Positions 37,953-51,700 of a stretch of 64,000 nucleotides of DNA are shown piece after piece. A program made the position numbers and the translations under genes. The DNA comes from Marsupella aquatica (Eukaryota > Plantae > Marchantiophyta): NCBI GenBank assembly GCA_973895155.1, contig OZ316894.1, forward strand, positions 11,463,892-11,527,891. Reading direction: 5' to 3'. Within the stretch, counting starts at the first letter, position 1, and each line of letters starts with the position of its first letter. Below the pieces are notes generated by a model, which was given only the letters and a program-made list of their open reading frames with translations, made no database searches and was not told where the DNA came from.

Positions 37953-38268
37953 ATTCTACTGCGACTCTTGCGCCGCTGCACCTTTCTTCCTTCACCGACT
38001 CCTCCTGTAGTAGAGTAGTAGTGTAGTAGTAGTAGTGTCGTGTAGGAGTGTAGTAGCAGTCGTCGCAACTCTTTTCCTGCCAACCACCAAGACTGCTCGT
38101 CGACTGCATTCGGTCGGTCGATCGTTCGTTTGCGTTGCTTTGCGTTGGGTTGCATTGCGTCGAGTAGCGGAGTCATTCGCGTGCGCGGTACGTGAGTCGT
38201 GTTGGAGCTTCAGTAGGCATCGATTCGAGCATTCCTCCATTACTGTATTGTTCACTTGTGTAGCACCG

Positions 38269-38271
<3 letters not shown>

Positions 38272-38299
<28 letters not shown>
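38272..38299. repeat. (GA)n microsatellite in the probable 5' UTR of cytochrome b5
   Basis: About 14 GA units directly visible. Confidence 0.9.
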
Positions 38300-38366
38300 C
38301 GAGTCGGTGAGTGAGATATCTCTCCGTCGTGCCCTGCGAGAGGGAGGAAACGAGCGAGTGAGCGAT

Positions 38367-39755
38367 ATGGCGAAGGTTTTCACTCTGGCGGAGGTGGAGA
38401 CGCACAACAACGCGAAGGATTGCTGGCTTGTGATCGATGGCAAGGTGAGTGAGACGGTGGGACTTGATTTCCTGCTCGGTGCGGTTCGTTGCTTCCGTTC
38501 TCGCGTGACGGTGGTCAGGTTTCTGGAAGAGTCGCTCGATTGTGTGAAATCGATGGGCTTCCCGGTGGAGCGATGTAACGCCGTGGTTGATTTGAGTGGA
38601 GTCGAGTCTAGATGTAATGGAGCGAATCGGGAGTTCGGAGGGGGTGAGTGTTGGATTTGTCGGAAATCCGTCTTTACGAGATTGGATCGCGAAAAAAAGC
38701 ACGGCGTTTTTGCCCTGCTCGGAATAGCTGGATAATGTAAGTGTCCGCCCTATTTGGAGGGGGCAAGTTCTTGTTCGTGTGAAGAACTCAATACGGAAAA
38801 GTCTACTTTTCTCCAATAGGGGGCGTGCGATGGGGGCCTGCCGGCCTAGTCTGGTCAGTGTGGAGCCTCACGGAGAGGTGTGAGCTGCTGTGAGCTGTGC
38901 GCAGTCTCCTCCGTCCAGTGCACCCTTGTTGTCCGCTATCAATCTTATCTGCCGTGATATGAGCTTAGTCATTACACGATAAGTACTGGATAGAGTAGAG
39001 GAGGACGGTGCCTACCACAAAACTCGTATGATGCTGGGACACTAGCATGCGGGGGTCATTCTTGCAGACGGTTGTAGGCACGATAAGTCTGTCGATTTCT
39101 TCTTTCTTTTCTCGTCTCTAAGAGCTGGGATTTGTTTGTTGTTCGTCGTGCTCTCTGTCTGTCCGTATTTCACAGGTTTACGATGTGACCAAGTTTCTCG
39201 AGGAGCATCCCGGTGGCGACGAAGTTCTCCTGTCAGCCACTGGTAGGGCTTTTCTCAGCCTCTCTCTTCTTTGTGGAGAAATTACCACTCTAGTTTCGCA
39301 TTGCATAGAAGATCTTGCTTAGCTTTGCTTTTTTTTAGCGAGCTGCAGTCTCTGTAAATGCCCGTCACATGCCTGCTCCGTTCGTGATGTCGTATTCTCA
39401 CTTGAGGGTGGAGGGCAACTGGACTTTTACCTCCTCGAAGAAGTGACATTGATTGTGAGCCTGATTTTCTTCGTGTGCGGCAGGCAAGGATGCGACTGAT
39501 GATTTCGAAGATGTCGGTCACAGTAACAGTGCTCGAGAGATGATGGCGGAGTACCTTGTCGGTGAGATCGATGCCTCAACTATTCCCTCGAAAGCCACCA
39601 CCGTCAACCGAGCCAGCGAGCCACAATATAATCATGACAAATCTGGCGAGTTCATTATTAAGATCTTACAGTTTTTGGTACCTTTGGCCATTCTCGCTTT
39701 AGCAGTGGCTGCCCGCTTCCTGACCAAGAAAGAAGAACCAGTCCCCGAGTTGTAA
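38367..39755 (+). CDS. CB5: Cytochrome b5 (tail-anchored), 138 aa; exons 38367-38444, 39176-39242, 39484-39755
   Basis: MAKVFTLAEVETHNNAKDCWLVIDGK|VYDVTKFLEEHPGGDEVLLSATG|KDATDDFEDVGHSNSAREMM...; heme-binding HPGG and GHS motifs, C-terminal TM FIIKILQFLVPLAILALAVAARF; GT-AG introns, 417 nt in frame. Confidence 0.96.
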
Positions 39756-42359
39756 GGAGTTTAGGGTTCCTGGTCTTCAAAGATCCGGTACAGATCTCTA
39801 CTCCCTTGCACGGAATCCGAGCAGGGTCAAACATTCAGTTCTTGTTCATAGTTGGCGTTTACCTGACCATTACGGAAATTTGGTTGTCGCTGCGGGCATG
39901 CCAAGGTGGAATTGGCAGCAGTGCTTCTCTCCACTATTCAACATTTGCGAAAATGCCTCTGGCTGGGGCAATATTCTTAATCAATTAGATAGGCTTAGCG
40001 TCGTGTGGATCACATAAGGAAAGTTTGCTTGAGAGAGAACACACGACCATTCTCTTTGTTATGAGTGCCTGGGAAAGAGAAACTCTAATTGAAGATTTGA
40101 GCAACAAGATGCATGCTTGTTCTTACGTTTTTCTCGAGGTGGCATTGCCGACCTTTCATGGAAATGATTGACGCGGTATGTGTTTCCAATATGCCCATGG
40201 TAAGATCTCTTTATCATGGATTTCTTCCCCGTCATTGCTTCTTACCATCTCCGTAAATGTTACGAGTGCTTTGCTGATACCTGTCGCTCGCTTACGAGAG
40301 GAGAATTTGACGTCCATGTCTAAGTCTCAGAATTGTCTTACGAAAGATGTCACATGCTCACGAAGATACCGGTTATGTGAAGTTTAAAATTGTTCGTCTA
40401 CCGTTTGAATAGTTACGAATGCTTGTGGCCACCATTGGCTGCAGTATATGGAGTAGAGCTCTCATCGGAACGTAAAGCCAGCCTTTTGGAACCAATTTTG
40501 CTATAAATGCACCGTGCTGTACTCTGGAATGGATCCTCTTCTATGAGTTCCTGTCCTTTTTGTTTGTAAGCAGTTATGTTCGCACAACTCCACTTCTGAG
40601 TCGTGTAGTGGAGATAAAATTACCTCGGCATGAGTGTAATTCGAATGGCATGTTATTGAGGTACCATTTATCTACGACTTTCTTCCAATCCTGTACCTGT
40701 CTCGTGCTTTCAATCCGAAGACTTATTCCCATCTCTCTAATCATATTTCGTCCTTCAAGGAGGCACTGATATCAGACCATTGTTGTCTACAATGCAGTCT
40801 TCGTAATGAAAGCCCGGATAACAAGGAATCAGCCTTGTTTCTCCATTTACCAGCGTTAGCCTTTCTGAAACCGGATGCAATCGTAGTCGAGTCCATCGCC
40901 GACCTCGTTCAACCCTCATCGGAAATAAATTACCTAACTCTTTTTGTTTATCTAGCTGATTCCCTTCTGGTGTCTTCATGAAGATGTGTCCAAGACATTA
41001 AGACATGGAAAGCCTCTTTGATACCTACCACGTGTACTGGAAAGTCATGTTGGGCAAGATAGTATGGAATCACAGGTGACAACAGGTGAAAACTGTGGTT
41101 GAGCTTCAGTTGAAGTGTGGGATTTTGTTTGTGGCTAGAATGTTTTCATCGTTTATTTCAAGATACGTGAATACCGAGTGGGAGTGAATGAAGACACAGC
41201 TCAAACTTGAGAACCGAAGTCGACCTTCCAAAATCACTTGCCAGTAGGGCGTGTTGGGCTTCTGCAATCTAATATCTCTTAGATGGCAGCTTCAATCAAT
41301 CTGCAGATGCATCGTTTGAGCTGCTTTGTTTTTGTTGTTGTTAGAGAAAGGTTTTTCCCAGAATGTATGTCAATCGGTGTTTGTTCACAAGAAGGACGCG
41401 ATGGTGGATTGTGAAGGGAGGAAACATAAGTATCCCTAGATGCAGTGTAACCATTTGTTGATTCAAACGTGTGGGCTAATGTCATTAGGAAATAGGAGAG
41501 CAAGAAGCTGGGTGGACTATTGAACTGAAAATTTGGGACAACAGTCGTCTAATTTTGCAAAGTACAATCGTCTAGAGCTGGACCCGAAGATTCCATTCTA
41601 AAGCTTTTTCGGAGTAAAAACAAAATTAAATGTGCCAACTTAGTCTGGTGAATCTTGACTAAGGCGGAAATTCCCACGTTGCTATTTAATTCTTTTGGGC
41701 GACCTGATCGATGTGGGGACGAAGCCCTTACTGGTGATCGTGCAAGCTGGCGTCACGAGAGAGAATCTCATTAAGCCGTAAAAGTTACTGTGAACGCATG
41801 AGGAAATTGTTCACAAAGCCATTTGTTTGAGCTCCTAGAGTTTTGAGGCTCATGTCACACGTTACCGCTGTTTGCCAAAATTCATTGCTGCCGTCAGTCC
41901 AGCTATATTATGTCCCCGTGGAATCAAAATAGGGGACACTACTATTTCTGATCCAACATTCCCTATATCAATTGGGGCATATTCACCCAACTGCCGAAAA
42001 ATGAGGCTGTTGATTTGGATCGGCAATTATAACAATTACAAAAATATTTGGGAGTCTTGTGACACTACCCTAGGCGTTATTTTCGCTGTTTTCCTGGACT
42101 GGCGCATAATGTCAAGGAAATGATTTTGGAAATGAGAAGGTGAGACGATTGAGAGCTGACTGTGTACATGTAGTTTGGGATCCTTCCCGAGGTGGTACAT
42201 GATGTGAATCTTTTGCAATCCTTGGCAGAGCATATGAGGAATGGGAAAAACATCACATATCATGTCCATTCCTACTAGAACCAGCCTAAAATGTAACACA
42301 TCACAGCTCCTCGAACTGTTGAAGTCGATCTTGGACTGTGTCTTCAATTTGATGTATTG

Positions 42360-42568
42360 TGTTGTAAAACACTTGCTCGTAAGTCACTTAGGAGATTAAG
42401 CTTTTCTCTTAGCTTAACCTGCACCTCCATTCTTACTTCCGGCCGCTCTCTTCCCTACTGTCGATCCTAGGTTACTACCTTCCCTCCGTTGATTCCCCTC
42501 TCCCTAAATCCTACTTATAGTGAGTCCTGCGCTCAGTCCTATGTAGCAATAGATTAGTGTTACCAACA
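42360..42568 (+). repeat. Copia 5' LTR (about 209 bp)
   Basis: TGTTG...CAACA termini (tgttgtaaaacact / agtgttaccaaca) abutting the PBS. The left boundary is inferred from the terminal inverted repeat because the second LTR is absent. Confidence 0.7.
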
Positions 42569-42581
42569 TGGTATCAGAGCC
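42569..42581 (+). promoter_or_regulatory. Primer-binding site for tRNA-iMet
   Basis: TGGTATCAGAGCC, the canonical plant iMet PBS. Confidence 0.92.
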
Positions 42582-42882
42582 ATGCTCTGATTAGCGTCCT
42601 CGGGTATCAAGCGTGTTCAGGTAGAAAGTTCCCTGACACTTAGTACCAGCAGCACTAGATTCTAGATTTACTCGCCGCGTACTCAGGTTGAAAGTTCCCT
42701 GACTAACACGAGCACTGCTTAGAACATTCCTTGCTTGATTAGAGCAACTACTGACATTCATAAGATTAGATTCGACTCAATCGACTCATTGCTTTGCTCA
42801 GGTTTGAAAGGTTCCCTGACACATCACTATTCTGCATTTTTTACCATTCTTCTCATTAGTGAATCAATAGTTTCTTTTTGCC

Positions 42883-45800
42883 ATGGAACTACTGAGGATA
42901 TTCTCCGACACCGATAAGCTAGATGGCACCAGTAACCACATGGCCTGGACCATTGTGGTTAAGAATCTTCTGAAAAAGGAAGACGTGTTTCATGAACTCA
43001 ACTTCAACGCCAAGCCTGACGCCAACGGCAACTTCATAGATGGCAGAGCCCATCTGACCGCCAAGGAGAAACAGAAGAAGAAGGACAAAGCTGTCGCCAT
43101 CCTTGCATCTACAGTGAAGTCCAAATTTTTGTCCACAGTGGACAAGTTCTCCGACGATCCAGCCAAGTGTTGGGAGCATTTTCATCAACGCTTTGGTGGA
43201 GATCTACTACAATGCCAGATGTTCCTGATGCAGAAGCTTCAGACTACACACATGGTCGAGGGGAGCTCTGTGGAACTCTACATCAACTGGATCAACGAGT
43301 TGGCCGGACAGCTTTCCAGCATCAACGCCGAAGTAGACGAAACGCGTCTCATGCATATCGTACTACAAGGCCTTCCGCTCAGCTGGAACGCATTTGTTTC
43401 TATTTTCAGTGCTGATCTCTCTCGTACTCCTAAACCAAATTTTTCTAACCTTCTTGAACGTTTGCAATCTGATGAATACTGGAGGAAGGCCAAACAGGCT
43501 CAAGCTGAGTCTCACGAAGAAGCTATGGCTGTTACACGTTCATTCACTCGTAGCCGGGGACGACTTTTTCATCACCCCGATTCTTATCCACCTCGCAACA
43601 ACTTCGACAACACTCCGCCTCAATCTCAATCTCGGCCCAATCCTGCTCTCTCAGTTGGACGTGGGCGGCGAATCGGCACCTGCAACTACTGTGGAAAGAC
43701 CGGTCACTGGGAACCAGAATGTGATCTAAAGAAACTAGATTCTCAAATCGCTGATCTTCAACTCAAAGCTGCTGGGATACGCAGGTACCAACCTCAAGCC
43801 AACAGTGTTGAGACCCCTCCTAACTACTACGATGGACCTAAGGACACCATAGAAGTCTACAACGACAATGAGCACGGTGAGTACTTTGAAGCAAACTACT
43901 CTGAGCTTGACACAACTAGCCATAGTCCTAGTGAGTGGATACTTGACTCCAGCGCAAGCACTCATGTTACATGAGACAGTTCTGTCTTCCGCACTATCAA
44001 CCCCGGCTCTCACTCCAAATCAGTGACTACTGCTAGCGGTACTCAGCTGCCTGTAGCTGGACATGGTACCATTTCTATTGATCGCAATAAAGAGATCAAC
44101 AAAGTTTTGTACGTGCCTGGTCTTCAACGGAACTTCTCTCCATTGGGTCCCTCACCGACGCAGGCCATCTCATTCTTTTCAATTCAAAATCCTGCTTTGT
44201 TTTTGACAAGGACAACCCGTCTAACATCTTCCTCAGAGGAGCTCGCGATCCTCGCAACCGCCTCTACAAACTGCGTCAACCACTGCCGCTCGTTCCTTCA
44301 CACTCATGTCATCCCGACTTACTTCAGCAGTCCCCTATTTTGCTCACAGAAGTCTCTCACACCGACCTTGTCGACCTCTGGCATCGTCGCCTCAATCACG
44401 TGAACTACCAGATGGTGCATCACATGTCCACGGGGTCCTTAGTCACTGGGATACCACCCCTTCCTCGGGTAAAACGGGTTTGCGACACCTGTGTTCTAGG
44501 CAAACACCATCGGGACAAAGCTCCCAAATATTCTCGCTCTCAATCTTCTCGACCTCTGGAACTCATTCACTCCGACCTTTGCGGACCAGTTCATGGGCCC
44601 GGTCCCACCAAGTATATTCTCACTCTTATCGATGATTTTTCACGCTTTACTTGGGTTAACTTCCTCGCTTACAAAAGTGATACGTTCGCAAAATTCAAGG
44701 ACTTCAAGATTCTTGTTGAAAACCAATTCAACCACAAATTAAGTTGGTTGTCTTCGCTCAGATCGCGGTGGGGAATACATGTCCGCAGAATTTCTATCTT
44801 TTTGCAGGCTCCATGGCATTCGACGTCAACTAACCGTAACTAACCGTAGCTGACTTTGCACACCAAAATGGCATTGCAGAACGCAAAAACCGCACCCTAC
44901 TTGAAGCTGCCCGGACCATACTAATTGATTCTGGTTTTCCACTGTCTCTCTGGACTGAAAGTATCCGTGCAGCTAATTACGTCCAAAATTGATCCGGCAC
45001 ACGCGCCCTTCATCAGACTACTCCATTTCAGGCTCTACATGGCTCCAAGCCCGACCTCAGCCACCTCCATGTTCTTGGTTCAACTGCATACGTTCTTATA
45101 CCGGCCTCTCATCAGACCAAGCTCGGCATCAAAGCCATCCGCACCACCCTTCTCGGCTATGACGATCAATCTAAGGCCTATCACTGTTTTGATGCTACAC
45201 GCCAACGCATTCTCATCTCCAAAGATGTTACATTCGACGAGAATACCATGGGCATTCACGTCACCAATCCTACTGCCGCTCAACTACTATTCCAATCTCT
45301 CCTCACTGATGATATTCCTACAGCTTCGCTCGCTCCGGCAATTCTTGCTCCAGAGGGGGAACCAGTGCCCGATCAAGCACCTGATCAGGAGCCTCCAGTT
45401 CTAGAAGAGGAGTCTGTCTGTGAACCTCTGGAACCAGTATGTGAACCAATTGTGCCTGAGCCACTTGTTATTAATCTTGTCCCACCAACACCTCAACCAG
45501 CGCTATGACACTCCCTTCAGACCCGACAACCACCACCTTGGCACAACGACTACGAAATGAGCAGCAATCTTGTCAAGGCCACTGGATCTGAATGTGGAAA
45601 TCTATCTGTCGAAGAGGCTCTCAAACACCCAGGATGGAAGAAGGCCATGGAAGATGAAATCAAATCTCTCCTCGACATGGGCACGTGGGAGCTAGTCTAC
45701 CTCCCTGCTGGACGACGCGCCCTCACAGCAAAATAGGTCTTTCGTGTCAAGCCCGACTCAACCAGATTTTGACTGAAAGCTAGGCTCGTTGCACGTGGTT

Positions 45801-47005
45801 TTGAACAAAAGTTTGGCATCGACTACAATGAAACCTTCGCCCCTGTAGTCAAATGGTCCACTCTGCGTGCTGTCATCGCCCTTGCCATAGCCAACGGATG
45901 GGAGCTACACCATATGGACGTCATCACTGCTTTCCTCAATGGCACCCTCACAGAAGACTCTACATGCAACAACCTCAAGGTTTTGAGACTCCTGGAAAGG
46001 AAACAATGGTCTGCCGCCTACGACGATCACTCTACGGTCTCAAACAATCTCCTCGGGCCTGGTACAGTGAAATCGACTCTCACCTTCGAGAAACTGGATG
46101 GACCCGTAGCACTGCAGATCCGAATCTCTACTTCTATCACTCAAATGGGGCGCTTCTTATTCTCATGCTCTATGTTGACGATCTCCTCATCACCGGCAGC
46201 GATTCTGGCAAAATTGCTGACATCAAATCCCATCTCCAACACAAGTACCAGATGAAGGACCTCGGCTTGGCCCAGAAATATCTTGGCATTGAGTTCCTCC
46301 AAACACCTACTGGCCTCATTTTACACCAAGCTACCTACTGCCAGGAGCTCATCAACGAATTTTCCATCACCACATCAACGTCAATTCCACTCCCTGAAGG
46401 CCACATCCTCACAACTGATACTAACACCCCGCCATTTGACACAAGTGCTTATTGCCATGTTGTTGGCAAACTTATTTTTTTAACTCATACTCGACCTGAC
46501 ATCTCCTATGCCGTCGGCATCGTCAACCGTTACATGAGCGCTCCACAACAACGACACTGGGATTCTGTTCAAAACATTCTCAAGTACCTACACGACACTT
46601 CTGACTATGGGATTACCTTTGTCAATACATCTACGACCTCCCTTTAAGGATTCACTGATGCTGATTTTCTTGGATGCCCGGAAACTCGTCGCTCCCGTGG
46701 TGCTTACCTGATTCAACTGGCGAACGGTCCCATCTCATGGTCCAGCAAGCTTCAAAGTACCGTCTCTGACAGCACCACTGAGGCAGAATACAAGGCACTT
46801 TCCGAAGGGGCTAAGGAAGCTGTCCATATTCGCAGACTACTTGCCGAACTTGATCCTCACTCCAAACTTACCGTTCCTCTCACTTCTTCAAACTCATCCA
46901 TTCATCACAATCTCTCCCATGCACATATTCCTACCTCTGCTGACATCCACTTACACTGTGACAACCAGAGATCTATCAAGCTCGCCAACAATCCCGTTTT
47001 TCATG
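42883..47005 (+). pseudogene. Copia gag-pol polyprotein with several stops and frameshifts
   Basis: UBN2-type gag (VLQGLPLSWNAF), zinc knuckle CNYCGKTGHWEPEC, protease WILDSSASTHVT, LWHRRLNH, integrase ELIHSDLCGP/IDDFSRFTWV/QNGIAERKNRTL, RT MDVITAFLNG/LYGLKQSPRAW/YVDDLLI, RNase H GFTDADF..STTEAEY..CDNQRSIKLANNPVFH. Stops at 43972, 44990, 45506, 45734, 45770, 46645. Confidence 0.93.
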
Positions 47006-47500
47006 CACTACAACATATTTTGCCCTTTTGCGAAGCTCATTTGAGTTCGGACACACGTTTGCGATTCCAGATGCTTCAAACCGTTGATGACTCAATACGC
47101 ATCGCAATTTGCGATACTTGTGGTATCGCAACTTTGGTCTTCCATGCGATTTGCATCGCAAACATTTTGCAAACTTTATTGTATCACAATAGTTTGCGAA
47201 ACTACAGAGATTACAAAACACATTACAAAGGCTCCGCGACCGCTCCGAAAGTCCGAAACCACGGTAACATTAATGATGCGAAATAATTAGTATTGGAGGA
47301 TGTTTGCGAAAAGGTTAGCTTCAAACAATTTGCGATGGGTTTGTATGGCAAATGTGCGAAACGATGTGGATGGTAAAGGTGGGATGGTCTGGATATCGCA
47401 AAATAGTGAAGCGTATAGTATGGAATAATTGAGAAACGGTTTAAATGGCAGAATTGCGATTTGGTTGGGATTTGTTTAGTTTCGCAAACAGTTCGCAAAC
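47006..47500. repeat. CACTA terminal inverted repeat and subterminal repeats (TTTGCGA/TCGCAAA in both orientations)
   Basis: CACTACAACATATTTTGCCCTTTTGCGA..., then at least 10 TTGCGA/TCGCAA motifs up to ttcgcaaacagttcgcaaac at 47481-47500. Confidence 0.88.
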
Positions 47501-48772
47501 GTTTATGTTAGACTTGTGTGTGCATCTAGGTTAGAGTTTGAATGGGGGAGGAGGAGGGAGGGAGGTGAAAGGTGAAAGAGGGAGGAAGGGAGTTGGAAGG
47601 TGGATGAGGGACGGAGGAAGAAGGGAGTCCAAAGAGGGTTTACTAAAAATAGGAGAGACTTTAGCGAAGAGGGAGGGAGGAGAAAAAGCTATGGAGTTTT
47701 TGGAAGAGGAAGGAGAGTTTGGGTTCAAAGAGCCCGGAGGAGGGATAAGGGAGGGAGTACCCATGTCACTTATATGCATGACCTCTTTTGAAAGTAGGAG
47801 TCCAAAATGAAAATACCTACCACACTAATGGTGTATGAAATATTAATTAAGAAACAACATGAACAATCCATGATATAGATTTTTGGTTTAAATATCCATA
47901 AGTGTCTCTCACACTTGCACTAGAAGAATCCGAGGTGAACTGAGACCGCAATATATGACTCATTTTGGCTCATGTGACTTCATTGTGACTCAACGTGACT
48001 TGACCCACGCTGTGACCCTTGGAGTTGCAAAAGTTGAGACCAAAAAATGGAAGTCACTATTGATACTGGGCTTTGCAACTTGCTTGATACCCATTTGTGA
48101 CTGATCTGTGACTTTATTGTGGAGTCTAGCCTTGTTTTGACGTGACTGCAATATGACTTCAGCGAGTCACATCATAAGTCACATACATGACTTACCCGCA
48201 TTCAACAACGACTAGCGTGTGACTGTTTAGTGTCACAGGAGAGACCAATGGAGACCTTGGCCCGCGTCACACAACAGAACCATTTGGGACTCTATATACT
48301 CATGTTTATAACTAATAAGGTTCACATGCAAGTTATAACCATGACTAATGAACACAGAGGGACAGTTCATAAGGAGAGATTGCACTCGACATTACAATAC
48401 ATAGAAACCTGATGTTCTAACTTTAGAAATATAACACATTGAATACAAGAAATGAACATAGCATGAATGACATCCACATGAAACAAAGCATCATATAAGC
48501 AGATCCTACATAAAACATTCATAAGAATTAAACACAATCACAATCTTGCTAAAAAATGAAGATCATTTGAATTCCAATGGAATAGTTTACAATGTGATCA
48601 ATGTAATTTAGACAAAACAGGAACTCATAATTGATGACTGTAGGATGAGATAACTGAAAGCACATGCATGATACTATGAATCTCCAAGAGGACATGATTC
48701 TTGTACTGCTTCTTGACATCTAAAATCTACATAACATGACTCACACTACAAACAAATAATGGCATGACATTG

Positions 48773-51700
48773 TTATGGATCCTCTATGAACTTGCTTGGC
48801 CATAATACCAAAGAACCTGCAGCATCTCCAAGTGTCTTTTGAGGAGGATCATCATTTGTGTTTGGAATGGGAAGGACAGCTTTAGGTTTCACTAGTAATG
48901 TGACTAACACTACTGAATAACCTGGGGGAATCCTCTTGCCATGGAACGTTGTGGAACCAACCTGCACTCTGGCAAATCCTACTCGTGTTCCACTCTCATC
49001 AACAGCTAACAAGCCACTTTGTCCCTCAGCATTAGGTGCTTTCCCCACTTCCACCTTAGATCTTTCTGCCAACACTGTTCTTGGAGGTTTGTATGAAACC
49101 TTTGACGTGGCTCTGCTCCCACCAGCAGACTTGCTTCGTGTGCGCATGCTTCCTCTCTTCACAGTAGTGAAGCTAGGCTCAGTAGGTTCCTCTGTTAGGA
49201 CTGTCACAGTAGCAAGTTCATCACCTGGGAGTGTCATACCAACTAACTCTTTGGTTGGATTTATCTCAACAAGAGGCACACCTGTCATTGAGAATGATAC
49301 ATTCTGCAAATCATTTATCTCTGCAATGGAGTCAAGATCTACATAGCATGAATCTGGCTCAATGGTATCATTGTCATGCTTACTGATATCCTCATTTGCC
49401 CCAACATTGATATCATCCACTCCCTTGCCAATGTCATCCTCATCCAAACATGGTTGACTGCCCTCTGTCAAACAAGTTGCTTGTACAGACTGCAACTTTG
49501 TTGCCTCTAAATTACAACGAGTATTTGCCAGGTTCTCATACTTCTTCTCTGTAGCACCTGTCTTATTCTCTATGGACACAACAACCACAATATATGTTAC
49601 TAAAAATAACACATTCAACAAACAATGTCAATTGAAACTATACATTTAATAATCATATCCCACACAGTTGTAAAGGCCTTACCTTCAAGCCTACATGTCG
49701 TTGGCATGCCAGAAGAGTGCATCAACTTTGCCACCTCAAGTGGTGATGGTGGAACTCCTACAGAATTGGAATCAATTTTATCTCTCACCGATACAACAGC
49801 TTCCATTAATGTCTTGAAGTTCACATGGAACAAGTCAGTCAATGAATTCAAACGTTCATTGATCTCTGGAAGACATGTTTCGACAGCCTTCAAACGACCA
49901 CTTATCTCTGTAAGTGAAGATCCACCTCCCTACATGACACAGGGGTATAGGTTCAATCACTCCATATGAAATGTTGGGCAATATATGCACAATCAATGTT
50001 ATATACAGTGTACACCTGAAATTCAACGCAGGTCATTCAATTACCAATCAGAACTCATATAACTTACATGCTTGGAGGATTCAGATGCACCCTCTTGAGC
50101 CCGGGTGTTCACAATTTCAGCCCTCAACTCTTCTTTTGAAGGGCTTTGCCCCAATTGGGTTTTCTGCACATGCATGGCAAACACAAGTTATCGATCAATA
50201 TTCAAGGAACGTACACTAAAAAACAAAGTTTACATGTATGGGTTTACACTAAAAAATAGTACATAGTGTAGCATAAATTACATAGCTAGGCCATTCATTC
50301 TTACCAAACGTTTAGCTGTCGGTGCAGTGCCGGTCCTTCCTGTCAGATTAGGGTTCTGAACACTCAACCTGGCCTCGGTCATCTGTGAACTCTTCTTTTT
50401 TGAAGCATCTGTTACAAAATAAGCTACTAACCTTGCCCACACTTTATCATCACAACTGGCTGGTGGAGGCATATCTGGCTTCTCCCCACCTTCCTTCCAA
50501 GCCTTATGCATTCTCCACCTCTCTTGCTTGATAATTTTACCTGCTGTACTCTCTAGGCAACCTATGTCCACGCCATCATCACTGCCCACATAATTCCATT
50601 TGGCAGCAACATTTTCACATACAGTCTTCCAATCTTTTGGATGCTGTTTTTTAAAATTAATAACACTCACATCTAACCAACGCAATACTTCAGCTTTCAA
50701 ATCAGCATGCCATCGGTTCTTGCGAGGACACTCAGCATCCACCCATTGTCTCTCATTCAACTTTACGTTCCCTTTCTTTGTCACCTCCCCTCGTGCACTG
50801 CTCTCGGTAGTACTGGGCGTTGTATTGGTCACCCCTTCATTCACCCTACCTGGGGTTCTGAAGCCACCTGGGAAAATACAATGCCATTCATGCTTGAGAA
50901 CTACATATAGCAGAATGGATGACGGCAACATTCAATGCTTCACTTCAAGAAAAATTCTTCAAACATACATACCTGTAGCTCTGCCTGTAGATGCCTGTGC
51001 AGGGACTGCACTCTGAAATTGTTGCGACCCTGGACCACCTGTCCAGCCTAGTATAGGGGCCGGATGATGTCACTTTCTAGGTATGTGTGTGCAAACATAT
51101 GTACTGAAAACTAAGTACAAATTGTAGGAAAACAACTGAACATTCACCGACATACCTGTCCCCCTTCCGTGCTGCATCTGCATAGGGGCATTAGTGAATA
51201 CTTGAGTCGATGGTTCGACTGTCCAACCTGCACACATACATTTTCTATCATTATACATGTGTAGAGTCCCCCCCACGTGAATGGACTCCACATATAATGA
51301 GTTCTTCCATTGCTGACAAGATCAGACATTACCTGCTCCTCTTCCAGCGTTTGTAGGTACTGAATTTTGATATCCCTGCCAATTACCTTCACCACCTTCC
51401 CAACCTTGTTCATTCCACGACCCACCACCATCCTCCCAACCTGGTTCAACCCATGTCTGTCCTTGTGGACATTGGAACTGATCATTACTAGCATTTGCCC
51501 AATCAGGTTGGGCAGAATCTGCATGCAATGGCAGGTGGACAGAATTTCATGTTGTTTGAATCCAATACATCCCAAACAATGTCAAAAATTGATATGCAGT
51601 CTGAAATTCAGGAGTGCCATGCCTTCACAAAGAACTGGCATATAGATATATACTCACATCCCCATGGTTGAGGTGGACGTCCATACCCACGAGATTGTGG

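Larger units (their letters stand above)
42360..47005 (+). mobile_element. Ty1/copia LTR retrotransposon (decayed), interrupted in RNase H by a CACTA insertion; 3' remainder and 3' LTR not in window
   Basis: 5' LTR, PBS and gag-PR-IN-RT-RH order of domains. Confidence 0.93.

Noticed and set aside
37992-38816. 274-aa antisense ORF over cytochrome b5 exon 1
   Set aside because: Reads through microsatellites and an intron of a well-supported opposite-strand gene.
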